DNA of 32,000 nucleotides from Promethearchaeota archaeon (GTDB lineage Archaea; Asgardarchaeota; Lokiarchaeia; Sigyniarchaeales; SOKP01): NCBI GenBank assembly GCA_030606485.1, contig JAUWGH010000003.1, positions 1 to 32,000 of the forward strand, read 5' to 3'. Shown piece by piece: positions 8,347 to 17,530 of this stretch (position 1 is its first letter; each line of letters starts with the position of its first letter). The notes under the pieces were generated by a model. It saw only the letters and a program-made list of their open reading frames with translations, ran no database searches and was not told where the DNA came from. The position numbers and the translations under genes were made by a program.

Positions 8347-10365
8347 TTATCCTTTAACAGCACCACTTGTAATTCCACTTATTATTTTATTTTGGAATAT
8401 TAATACAATAATTACTAGAGGAACAGTAGCGATAGAAGTTGCAGCCATAAGAGCTAAATCAGTATTCCAATCAGCTTGAAGGCTAAGGGGGCTTCGAACA
8501 AAACGTAAAATCGCTCTTGTTACTGTATGATTAATATCTGACGTAAGCCATATTTGAGCAAAAAGAAGCTCATTCCAAGAAGCAATAAACACTAAAATTG
8601 AGCATGTAAAAATCCCTGGAACAGTTAGTGGAAGAATAACTTTGCGTAAAATTTGAAAATTTGATGCTCCATCAACTTTTGCTGCATGCCATAAATCTTC
8701 AGGTATTTCCTTAAAGAAAGCTTGTAGGACAAAAACAGCTAAGGGTAAATTAAATGCAGCATATGGTAGCACAAGGCCCAAAATATTATCTCGAAAATCT
8801 AAAAACGGGAAAATTCTTGCAATAACTGCCATTTGAATAAAAAAGGGGATGGCTATCATTAAAGGTGGCAGACTTGTCATAAAAAAAATGAAAGAACCTA
8901 ACGTTGGTTTTAGTCGGAAATTAAACTTCGCTAAAGCATAAGCTATAAAGGAACCAATAAAAATAACTACCAACACAGTTAAACCTGAAAGAATGAAACT
9001 ATTAAGTAATGCTCGATCAAAAGAGACTCCAGTAAATTCAGAAGTTTGAAAAACAACTTCATATGATCTTAAATTAAAAATTTTGGGGAAAAATTCAAAT
9101 CCCGTTTGAGTAATATATGGGTCTCTAAATGATCGTAATACTATCCATATAAAGGGAGATGCACAAAAAAGACACATCATAATGGCTATTAAATAAAAAA
9201 CACCTTTTTTTAAGAGAAGCTTCCTTTTAAACCACGCCATTTTCGATTCAGAGAGTTCTAAAATGCTCGATTCTGATTCAATTTCTATATCCTCTATGAC
9301 TAATTCCGTAAGATCTTCCTTCCTTTTGAATAATTTTTGAAATCTTGATTTAGACTTAATAGAAATAGATTTTTCTCTCCCAGTAAGTTTTAATATAATT
9401 ACTGCAAATAATAAAATGAATAAGAATAACATAATGGTAACTGCTGCAGATAACCCCCATCTACTTGCAAACCATAAATTAACAGCTTGGGAAGTCATTG
9501 AATCAACACTTTTATCATTAAAAACTACGTTTAGATCATAAACCCTAAAAGCATCCATCATTCGAAAGATTAAAGCAACTCCAACGCCTGGTTTAATCAA
9601 AGGCCAGGTTATATACCTGAATTTTTGCCAAGCAGTTGCCCCTTCAACATCCGCAGCTTTATAAAGGTCTTCTGAAACGATTTGTAATGCTGCAAGTATC
9701 AAGAGTGTAAAAAAAGGGGTCGTTTTCCACACATCAATTGCAATTATTGTTAACATGGTCATTTTTATAGGAAGAAAATCGATAAATGGTTCAAATGGAA
9801 TAAGGATTGGCAATTCGAATAGAATTAACGCATCAGGTCCATAAAAATCAATCGGACGAAGTGAAAGTAGTCCAATAATATTATTAATTAACCCATATGT
9901 AGCGGCTGGTGAGACTATTTCAAAACGAAAAATAGTTGCTGAGGCAACAGTTGGAAGTGCCCAAGGGATCAAAAGTGTTGCTCTAGCTATTCCTCGACCT
10001 CGGAATTGCTTGTTCAAGAGTTGAGCAAAAATTAAACCTAAAATAAATTCAATAACTAATGATACAACTGAAAAGAAAAGCGTTTGATAAGTGAATTGCC
10101 AAAAATCACGTGTATTATAATTGCCATATGTTAAAAGTTCATAATAATTTGTAATAGAAACAGTTGAACCGAAATATCCTGTCGTTCCACTACTATCAGT
10201 GAAACTAATAAAAACCCCAATAATAATGGGGATAAAAATAGCTATACAAAATACAAGTAATGCAGGTATAATTAATGTGATAATAAATTTTGTATCAGTT
10301 GGAGGTTTCTCTTCAATCTTTGAAGAATTAAGGATTATAGAATCTTCTTGAAAATTCTTTTCCAT
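8347..10365 (-). CDS. Fused carbohydrate ABC permease (MalF-like + MalG-like)
   Basis: 672 aa with two EAA loops (EDLYKAADVEGATAWQKF; EDLWHAAKVDGASNFQ) joined by a charged linker, with no stop between the halves. Confidence 0.9.
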   Translation of the reverse strand: MEKNFQEDSIILNSSKIEEKPPTDTKFIITLIIPALLVFCIAIFIPIIIGVFISFTDSSGTTGYFGSTVSITNYYELLTYGNYNTRDFWQFTYQTLFFSVVSLVIEFILGLIFAQLLNKQFRGRGIARATLLIPWALPTVASATIFRFEIVSPAATYGLINNIIGLLSLRPIDFYGPDALILFELPILIPFEPFIDFLPIKMTMLTIIAIDVWKTTPFFTLLILAALQIVSEDLYKAADVEGATAWQKFRYITWPLIKPGVGVALIFRMMDAFRVYDLNVVFNDKSVDSMTSQAVNLWFASRWGLSAAVTIMLFLFILLFAVIILKLTGREKSISIKSKSRFQKLFKRKEDLTELVIEDIEIESESSILELSESKMAWFKRKLLLKKGVFYLIAIMMCLFCASPFIWIVLRSFRDPYITQTGFEFFPKIFNLRSYEVVFQTSEFTGVSFDRALLNSFILSGLTVLVVIFIGSFIAYALAKFNFRLKPTLGSFIFFMTSLPPLMIAIPFFIQMAVIARIFPFLDFRDNILGLVLPYAAFNLPLAVFVLQAFFKEIPEDLWHAAKVDGASNFQILRKVILPLTVPGIFTCSILVFIASWNELLFAQIWLTSDINHTVTRAILRFVRSPLSLQADWNTDLALMAATSIATVPLVIIVLIFQNKIISGITSGAVKG

Positions 10366-10417
10366 TAATAACCTTCCTTATAAGAATGATTTTTTTTAAT
10401 AATATCAAATTATAATG

Positions 10418-10433
10418 AAAAAAAAAAAAAAAA
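10418..10433 (-). terminator. Oligo-T (T16 on the minus strand) terminator/attenuator downstream of the binding-protein gene
   Basis: Run of 16 A on the + strand, 22 bp after the binding-protein stop. Oligo-T tracts act as intrinsic terminators in archaea. Confidence 0.5.
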
Positions 10434-10455
10434 TTATTTTATTTCCTTATACTTC

Positions 10456-11868
10456 TTATTTTTGCTTCTTCTTCTTATAAATTGCAATAGTTGCGAGTGT
10501 TCCTGTTATAGTTAGTATTAAAATAGCAATATTAAATCCAGGGATAATAGGAGGTCCTGCAAGTACCTCATTTACATCTTGTTCCATTTCTGCTAAACCT
10601 ACCGAGGCATTTTTAACGCAGCCAATTATATCAGCAAATTTATCTGCAATTTGCACGGCCATCAATGAATATTTTGGATGAACTGGTCTCGTTAGCGTTC
10701 TAGGTAATTGGTCTTTCACATCCGTTATCCAAGCCCAACCACTTGGAGGATTATCAAAAACGGATTCTAATGCTGGAAAATTGGAACATTCTGTAAGCTC
10801 AAATTCCTGAGCAAGTTCATCACCAAGGAATTTTATCAGATTAAGTGCCTCTGTTTGATGTGTACTAAATGTTGGAATGGATAAAATCGCACCACCCACA
10901 ACTGATGATTTTTCACTAGCAGCACCTGTAAATGTTGGGAGCGGACAAACACCAAAATTCAAACCTGCGTCTTCTGCGCCTCCATATGCGAATGTCCATT
11001 GTCGCATGAAAATCGCGTTCCCACCCCAAAATGCACCTACAGAGGAGCCTTCATCGTGGACAAGTCCAGCACGAGGTATTATATACTCATTATCAAAAAC
11101 ACCAGTATATCTGGGAGCGAATAAACCCTTTAAGTAAGTCATAGCTGCTTCAATTTTGGGATCAGTTAGATCAACACTAGTTCCATCAACCATAATATCG
11201 CTTACACCATTGCTACCAATCCATTCGAAGAAATTACAAACACCACCTTCATATGCATCAAATTGTCCTACATATCCTACTAAATCTGGATTTAATGCTT
11301 CTTCGGTTGGATTTAAAATTGTATTAGCCACCGTCTTTAATTCCGCCCAAGTATCAAAATCAGCCTCAGTAAAACCATATTTGGTTATAAGGTCATTCCT
11401 ATACCATAACAAACCTAAATTCATAAAATATGGATAAGCCCATACTTTTCCATTATAAGTACATGCAGCAACCATACCATCGACATAATCGTCTAATTCA
11501 TTTGTACCCAGAACAGGTCCAAGCTCAACAACCCAATTATTTTCAGCAAATTGAGCCATCCATGGAGGATCTATTCCAATCACATCAAATTCAGTACTTT
11601 CTGCAGTCATTTGAGCTACTAAATAAACGAGTTGGTCATCAGCTCGGGTTCCGGAAGCGATTACTTCCACGTCATCTACACCTGTTCCAAGAGGAGATGC
11701 AAGAAAATCCGCAATTACACCATCAACGCCTGGTTTTTGTTGATCGGATACGATAATTTTTAAAGTCACACCTTGTGCCTTGACAGGCATCGGTATAAAG
11801 GCAAACAAGAAGATCGAAAGAAACGCAACTAATATAATAATTGCTTTTGCATTTTTATGTATTTTCAT
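10456..11868 (-). CDS. Sugar ABC substrate-binding protein (trehalose/maltose-type) with a C-terminal sorting/anchor signal
   Basis: N-terminal signal peptide; SBP family-1 motifs (DVIGIDPPWMAQFA, AYPYFMNLGLLWY, YEGGVCNF, FMRQWTFAY, RPVHPKY); C-terminal IPGF, hydrophobic helix, then KKKKQK. Confidence 0.9.
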   Translation of the reverse strand: MKIHKNAKAIIILVAFLSIFLFAFIPMPVKAQGVTLKIIVSDQQKPGVDGVIADFLASPLGTGVDDVEVIASGTRADDQLVYLVAQMTAESTEFDVIGIDPPWMAQFAENNWVVELGPVLGTNELDDYVDGMVAACTYNGKVWAYPYFMNLGLLWYRNDLITKYGFTEADFDTWAELKTVANTILNPTEEALNPDLVGYVGQFDAYEGGVCNFFEWIGSNGVSDIMVDGTSVDLTDPKIEAAMTYLKGLFAPRYTGVFDNEYIIPRAGLVHDEGSSVGAFWGGNAIFMRQWTFAYGGAEDAGLNFGVCPLPTFTGAASEKSSVVGGAILSIPTFSTHQTEALNLIKFLGDELAQEFELTECSNFPALESVFDNPPSGWAWITDVKDQLPRTLTRPVHPKYSLMAVQIADKFADIIGCVKNASVGLAEMEQDVNEVLAGPPIIPGFNIAILILTITGTLATIAIYKKKKQK

Positions 11869-12119
11869 AATTTTTTAATCACTTTTTTTAGAGATTGTTG
11901 TAAAAATTGAATTTTTCTAATTACGTGAGTAAAAATAGAAAAATTATTAAACATTATGATAAACTTATTTAAAAGTTTTTGCACAGTTTTTGATTTTTAT
12001 ATAAAAGTACATATTAATTTAATGCTTAAATCACAAAATATAAATTACAAACAAACAAATTATACAAAATTATCATAAAAAAAAATGTAGTAATAAGTAA
12101 TAAACAGTGATCTAATTAA

Positions 12120-13340
12120 ATGGAAAAAAAAAATAATTTAATATTAGAAGCATATCAACGCCTTCTAGGAAAACAAACCATAAATTCGCTACGAAAAAAA
12201 GCAATAAAATTCGAACAAAAAACAGTTTTACATATTAATTCGACTAAGTTTGGTGGCGGAGTCGCAGAAATTTTGAATAACATGATCCCAATGATGAGAG
12301 AACTCAAGATAGATGCTGAATGGAAAGTATTTACTGCACCTAAAAGTTTCTTTGAAATTTCAAAGAAGATGCATAATGCGTTACAAGGAAATATGTCTAT
12401 TAATTTCTCGGAAGATGAAATTTCTGCCTTTCTTGAACAAGCTAAATCAACATATGAACAAATTCACCCAAATAGCGATTTTGTAATTATACACGATCCT
12501 CAGCCATCTCCAGTGATAGAATTCGCTCATGAGAGGAGAGGTAAATGGATTTGGCGCTGTCATATCGATACTTCTGATCCGAATCCACAGGCTTGGAATT
12601 TGGTTTCTCGGTATTTTCCCAATTATGATGCACTTATTTTTACTAAAGTGGAGTATGCTAAACCAGGAATAAATAATCTAATTTATCCGATACCACCTTC
12701 AATTGATCCATTTTCAGAAAAAAATAAAAAACTTGATAAAGAAACTGCAAACGAAATTGTGAAAAAATTTGTTCCACTTGACCGTCCTCTAATAACTCAA
12801 GTTTCTCGGTTTGATCCTTGGAAAGATCCCTTGGGTGTCATTGACGTATTTCGAAAGGTAAGAGAAAAAATCCCAGTTCGATTAGCTTTAATTGGGAGTT
12901 TAGCTCATGATGATCCTGAGGGAATTGAATTTTTAGAAAAAGTTAAGAATTATGCATCCAATGACCCCGAAATCCATATTCTGACTAATCTTGATGGTGT
13001 AGCTGACCTTGAAGTAAATGCATTCCAGCAAGTATCAGATATTATTCTTCAAAAATCGCTCCGAGAAGGATTTGGATTAACTATAGCTGAAGCTCTATGG
13101 AAAAATACTCCAGTTATTGGTGGTAATGTAGGAGGGATTAAATTACAGATTGAAAATGGTGTAAATGGGTTCTTAGTTAATTCTATAGATGAAACTGTAG
13201 ATAGAATTTTGTATATTCTTGCAAACCCGAAAATAGCGAAGGAAATGGGTAAAAAAGGGCGTGAGAAGATAAAAAATGAATTTCTATTAATACATCATCT
13301 CGAGAAATATTTAGATTTGTTTAGAATCTTATCTAATTAA
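12120..13340 (+). CDS. treT: Trehalose synthase (glycosyl-transferring), GT4 family
   Basis: HINSTKFGGGVAEIL, HDPQP, WRCHID, QVSRFDPWKD and QKSLREGFGLT; divergent from the sugar ABC operon. Confidence 0.85.
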   Translation: MEKKNNLILEAYQRLLGKQTINSLRKKAIKFEQKTVLHINSTKFGGGVAEILNNMIPMMRELKIDAEWKVFTAPKSFFEISKKMHNALQGNMSINFSEDEISAFLEQAKSTYEQIHPNSDFVIIHDPQPSPVIEFAHERRGKWIWRCHIDTSDPNPQAWNLVSRYFPNYDALIFTKVEYAKPGINNLIYPIPPSIDPFSEKNKKLDKETANEIVKKFVPLDRPLITQVSRFDPWKDPLGVIDVFRKVREKIPVRLALIGSLAHDDPEGIEFLEKVKNYASNDPEIHILTNLDGVADLEVNAFQQVSDIILQKSLREGFGLTIAEALWKNTPVIGGNVGGIKLQIENGVNGFLVNSIDETVDRILYILANPKIAKEMGKKGREKIKNEFLLIHHLEKYLDLFRILSN

Positions 13341-13426
13341 AGCAAATCTCCAAAATTTCTCCTTTTTTAATCAAATATAAAAATTTTCAATCCAAAATTG
13401 TTATTTGGATTAAAAGTTTATTTTTT

Positions 13427-15589
13427 TTAATTTAAAACAACTTTATTCCCTTGCTTTTTAATATATCCCAAATAGCATGCATTATTAAAGAACTGATAAA
13501 ATTTTTTTCCAGTAATTTCTTCATTCTCTGCGTATTTATTAAATTCATCAAATTTAATTATTCCTTTTTCGTCACCGTAAGTTTTAACAATATTAATTAG
13601 AGTTTTCACGTTTTTATTAACATATTTCTTTTTTTCTTTTACCTTCTTTTTATGTAGTCGAGATTTTATTTTTTCGATATCTATCGTTAATTGTTCTATG
13701 GATTTTTGATAAATGTCTGAATACAATGTTACTCCAAGTTCTCTAAATTTATTTGAATCTACGGAATTTGATAAAGAGTCAATCTCGTCAATTATTTGAT
13801 CAATAGACCTTTTTGCTAAAATTTTATATTCTTGATTTTTCTTTTCACGGTATTCTCTCAATAAATCATGGAAATTTATAATGTTAGTTCCGTTTAATGG
13901 TCTACAGATATTATTTCTACTTGATTGTGGAGTTAAATGTAAATCTTCTGAAGAAATTAAAGTTTTTAGCATAGTATTTTCTTTTTTTAACGAGATATAA
14001 TTATAAGGTTCATCTACAGTGTATTTAGTTATTAGTATGTAACAACGTCCGGGAGCTTTTCTACCCGTTCTACCTCTTCGTTGAATTAAACGAATTTCAG
14101 ACGGAACAGGTTCATAAAAGATAACTGAATCTACATTTGGTATATCAAGACCTTCTTCTGCGACACTTGTGGCAATTAAAACATTAATATCTCCATTTCT
14201 AAATTGATTTAAAATCTCAATCTGTTTTTTCTGGCTGTAACCAAGTTCCTTTTTACTCATTGCTTGTCCAATAAATTTTTCAGCACGTAATTTACCTTCA
14301 AATTTTTCATCAAAAAATCTTTTAATTAGGGAGACCATTTCTCTGTATTGAGAAAAGATAATGACTTTTTGACAATCTAATTCAAAAAACTCTTTTGTAA
14401 TTATACTTAATGTTTTTTCAATTTTTGGGTGATTTATTCGCTTATTCTTATTTCTACATTGTTGAATATATGAAAAGATATACTGGAAATTTTCAGAATT
14501 TAAAATACGTTTAGCAGACAAAATATCATTATCAGCCTTTCTAACTAATGTTTCTAAAAATGATTCGTATAAAGTAATATCTTGAGTTTCTAATAGATCT
14601 TTTCCATGCAAAAGAGAGATACAACTTGAAGCCATTGAATATACCAAATGAATGTCTATTTTGTTTTTTCTAACGATCTCTATAATTCTAGGATTTTTAA
14701 AGAATAATAAGTCTCGAATATCAGAAATTTCACCAAATTTAGATGTATCTAAACATTCATTTTCGTATTTTAAACTAATAGTTAAATCTTTTGCGATACT
14801 AAGAAAGTCAATTTTAGTATAATAAGTTTTTGGCTTTAATAATTCATTATCCAGAAAAAAGGAGAGATATTTCTTGAATAAAGATTCCCATACTAAACTT
14901 AGTTCCATAAATTCTATAGGCAAATCGACATATTCAGTAAAGATTTCAATTGGAAATATGTATTCTTTTACATCCACATCCTCTTCAGTTCTATAAAGAA
15001 CATTTTCAATGAATAGTTTATCACACAGATGCTGTATTATTTCAAAGTTTTTTCCAGGAGATGCACTTAGAGCTAAAATTAAGGGATCTTTACAAATCCT
15101 AATATATTCTTCAGCTAAAAAGGTATAAGCATAATTATTGCGAGCTTTATGTGCCTCATCAAAAATTATTAATGAAACTTGAGATAAATCATATCGATTT
15201 CTTAAAATATCATTTTTTATTACTTGAGGTGTGCTAATAATTATTTGTGAATTTTGAAACTGTACCATCCTAATAGGAGGTTGAACTTTACCAGTCATTA
15301 GACAAAGTTTTTTCTCAGGTAAAGTTGTAAATTTTGAAAACATCTCATAATGTTGATGGACTAACGGGCGTGTTGGAGCCAAAACAAGAATTTTTGTCCA
15401 GTTATATTTTAATAATCTATTTGCTGCAATAATGAGCCCAATAATAGTCTTTCCTAAACCAGTAGGTATAACAACTAAAGAATTTCCAGAAAGACATCTA
15501 TTCGAAATATCAACTTGATATTGTCGGTATGAAATACAGTCTTTTCTCAAATATCTTACATTGAAATAAGTCGGGTGTATTTTATTCAT
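13427..15589 (-). CDS. hef: Hef/FANCM/Mph1-type SF2 DEAH helicase; no recognisable XPF/ERCC4 nuclease domain
   Basis: PTGLGKT (I), PTRPLV (Ia), DEAH (II), SASPG (III), IIFSQYRE (IV), ATSVAEEGLDIP (V), QRRGRTGR (VI). Confidence 0.9.
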   Translation of the reverse strand: MNKIHPTYFNVRYLRKDCISYRQYQVDISNRCLSGNSLVVIPTGLGKTIIGLIIAANRLLKYNWTKILVLAPTRPLVHQHYEMFSKFTTLPEKKLCLMTGKVQPPIRMVQFQNSQIIISTPQVIKNDILRNRYDLSQVSLIIFDEAHKARNNYAYTFLAEEYIRICKDPLILALSASPGKNFEIIQHLCDKLFIENVLYRTEEDVDVKEYIFPIEIFTEYVDLPIEFMELSLVWESLFKKYLSFFLDNELLKPKTYYTKIDFLSIAKDLTISLKYENECLDTSKFGEISDIRDLLFFKNPRIIEIVRKNKIDIHLVYSMASSCISLLHGKDLLETQDITLYESFLETLVRKADNDILSAKRILNSENFQYIFSYIQQCRNKNKRINHPKIEKTLSIITKEFFELDCQKVIIFSQYREMVSLIKRFFDEKFEGKLRAEKFIGQAMSKKELGYSQKKQIEILNQFRNGDINVLIATSVAEEGLDIPNVDSVIFYEPVPSEIRLIQRRGRTGRKAPGRCYILITKYTVDEPYNYISLKKENTMLKTLISSEDLHLTPQSSRNNICRPLNGTNIINFHDLLREYREKKNQEYKILAKRSIDQIIDEIDSLSNSVDSNKFRELGVTLYSDIYQKSIEQLTIDIEKIKSRLHKKKVKEKKKYVNKNVKTLINIVKTYGDEKGIIKFDEFNKYAENEEITGKKFYQFFNNACYLGYIKKQGNKVVLN

Positions 15590-15833
15590 TCGTTATTTTT
15601 TATGATTCTATTGAGAAATTAAAAGAAAATAGACTGTAGATTTAGTATTTATTTATATTCTACAATTTTAAATTTTATAATCTTATATTTAAAGATCAAT
15701 AACTAAATATATTGAATAGTATGAAAAGATGAGATTTGTTAATTTGGAAAAAACATTTTAAACACAAAGTAAAAATATTAATCATTTTTCTATTACTATG
15801 AACAAGCAATTATATTAGTAGTAAATTGGGAAA

Positions 15834-16088
15834 ATGAAGGAAATACCAATTAGTCAATATCGCAAACTACAAAGAGATTTCAAAAAACGAGTTGAATTAA
15901 TGAAAAATATTCCCTTAGAGCATTTAGAGAAAATGTTTATAGAATTATACGACATAGGATTGAAGGAGTATATTGACAATGAAAAAAAGAGATTTCCCAA
16001 TAAATCAACAAAAGATATAATTATAGACATGCATATGTTTCATGAGAAAATGAAAGGGCGAAGAAATAAATGGAAATATCGTTTTTAA
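15834..16088 (+). CDS. Putative antitoxin, MenA1-like small helical protein
   Basis: 84 aa, overlapping the downstream nucleotidyltransferase by 19 nt. IELYDIGLKEY...RFPNKSTKDI resembles MenA1 (Rv0078B) as I recall its sequence. Confidence 0.55.
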   Translation: MKEIPISQYRKLQRDFKKRVELMKNIPLEHLEKMFIELYDIGLKEYIDNEKKRFPNKSTKDIIIDMHMFHEKMKGRRNKWKYRF

Positions 16089-16696
16089 GCGCTTTTAAGC
16101 AATTAATTAATTTTCTTGAAGATTTAGAAAGAAAAAAAAAAGTTAAATATTTTATAGTTGGTGGTATTTTAACCAATATATACTCTGATTTTAGGATCAC
16201 TCGAGATATTGACTTTGTAGTAGATATCGACTCTGTAAATATCTCAATAGATGAATATGTAAATTTTTTAAAAAATAAAGAATTTCAACCCATTCAAGAT
16301 TGGAAAACAGCGATTTTTTTAGCCAACGAATCTAATTTTATTCAATTTTTAGATAAACAAGGGATGATAAAATTTGATAATTACTTCCTTGATAAATTTA
16401 GTAAAAGTAAATATAAAAGAATAGGAGTTTTTTCACTAAAACATAGAGTAAGAGAAACACTTTTTGATACCGAATGTTGGATTATATCAAAAGAAGATTT
16501 TATTATTAGTAAATTAGTATATGGAGGATGGCAGGATTATACAGATGCTTTAGGATGTTGGATAAGAAACCAAGGTAACTTAAAGATTCCTTATATGGAG
16601 CAAACATGTCGTGAACTAGAAATTAAAAGGGAGTTAGAATTATTGATATCTGGGATTGATGATCCTGATGAATTTTTCAATAAAATGAATCAATAA
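16070..16696 (+). CDS. Nucleotidyltransferase toxin-like protein (AbiEii/DUF1814 superfamily, MenT1-like)
   Basis: YFIVGG...RITRDIDFVV (GG and RxTxDxD catalytic motif); later ISKL (Lys) and WQDYTD. Confidence 0.75.
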   Translation: MEISFLSAFKQLINFLEDLERKKKVKYFIVGGILTNIYSDFRITRDIDFVVDIDSVNISIDEYVNFLKNKEFQPIQDWKTAIFLANESNFIQFLDKQGMIKFDNYFLDKFSKSKYKRIGVFSLKHRVRETLFDTECWIISKEDFIISKLVYGGWQDYTDALGCWIRNQGNLKIPYMEQTCRELEIKRELELLISGIDDPDEFFNKMNQ

Positions 16697-16823
16697 TCAA
16701 ATTTTTTATTAGGAAAGGATTTTAAATCTTTCTATTTTTTCCATTTATAGTTGTTAACAAACAGAGATCTACTAAAGATGTCTATAATTATGATTTTTAA
16801 GGTCTAAATACTTATCTAATAAA

Positions 16824-17435
16824 ATGAATTTAAAAGAAAAGATTAAAAAAATCGCTCTAACAATATCAGCTTTTTTGATTCCCATCTTCCAGTATGTTCC
16901 TTGCGCTTCTATATGGCGTGGAATAATGAGTATACCACTAATCACCTACCTTATTTTTTTTATTTCACAACCAGATATGATAATTTGTGATTTTCAAATT
17001 TTCTTCACTGGATCTTTTCCTGTAATAGGTGGATTAATCCTATTTCTCTATTCTCTTATCTATCTTTATAGACATAATAATAGTATTATTGAAACAGGAC
17101 CTTACAAATATTTAAGACACCCACAGTATTTAGGAATAATAGTTATGACTTTTGGTCTTACCTTATTAAGTCTCGGCACATCCCCCGTTATGCCAATAAC
17201 GTTAAATGAACAAATAGCTCATATAATTATCATATTCATATGGTTCGGTGAAGTATTAGCATATATAATACTCGCTAAAATTGAGGAATTATCACTAAAA
17301 TCAAAATTTGGAGATATATACTTAAAATACACTAATAATGTACCTTTTATGATACCGTTCTTAAAATTGAAGAGACATAAAAATATTAAAGAGATTAAAG
17401 ACAAAAATCATAAAGAGTCAAATATACAATTGTAG
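16824..17435 (+). CDS. Isoprenylcysteine carboxyl methyltransferase/PEMT-family membrane methyltransferase
   Basis: IIETGPYKYLRHPQYLG, EELSLKSKFG..Y..Y...VP and multiple transmembrane segments. Confidence 0.8.
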   Translation: MNLKEKIKKIALTISAFLIPIFQYVPCASIWRGIMSIPLITYLIFFISQPDMIICDFQIFFTGSFPVIGGLILFLYSLIYLYRHNNSIIETGPYKYLRHPQYLGIIVMTFGLTLLSLGTSPVMPITLNEQIAHIIIIFIWFGEVLAYIILAKIEELSLKSKFGDIYLKYTNNVPFMIPFLKLKRHKNIKEIKDKNHKESNIQL

Positions 17436-17530
17436 AAAAGTAAAAAGAATAAATAAAATAATAATTGAAATTGTAGAAATTTCAATATATTAAATTAAAT
17501 AGGAGAAAAAAATAAAAAGTGAAATTATAA

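Noticed and set aside
11869-12119. TrmB/TGM-type operator in the ABC/treT divergent promoter
   Set aside because: There is no good TATCAC-N5-GTGATA match, only weak AT-rich palindromes.
6563-13504. The ABC/treT block as a transposon or integrative element with target-site duplication
   Set aside because: It has no transposase, integrase or terminal inverted repeats. The repeated segments are about 79% identical coding fragments, not an exact target duplication.
16824-17435. ICMT-like protein as a eukaryotic prenylation signature
   Set aside because: The family is widespread in prokaryotes, and nothing here points to CAAX processing.
17428-17486. 11-bp direct repeat AATTGTAGAAA (17428, 17469) and an 8-bp inverted repeat ATTGAAAT-N7-ATTTCAAT
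   Set aside because: Only two AT-rich copies between convergent genes, so not a CRISPR array. It may be a terminator but cannot be distinguished from chance.
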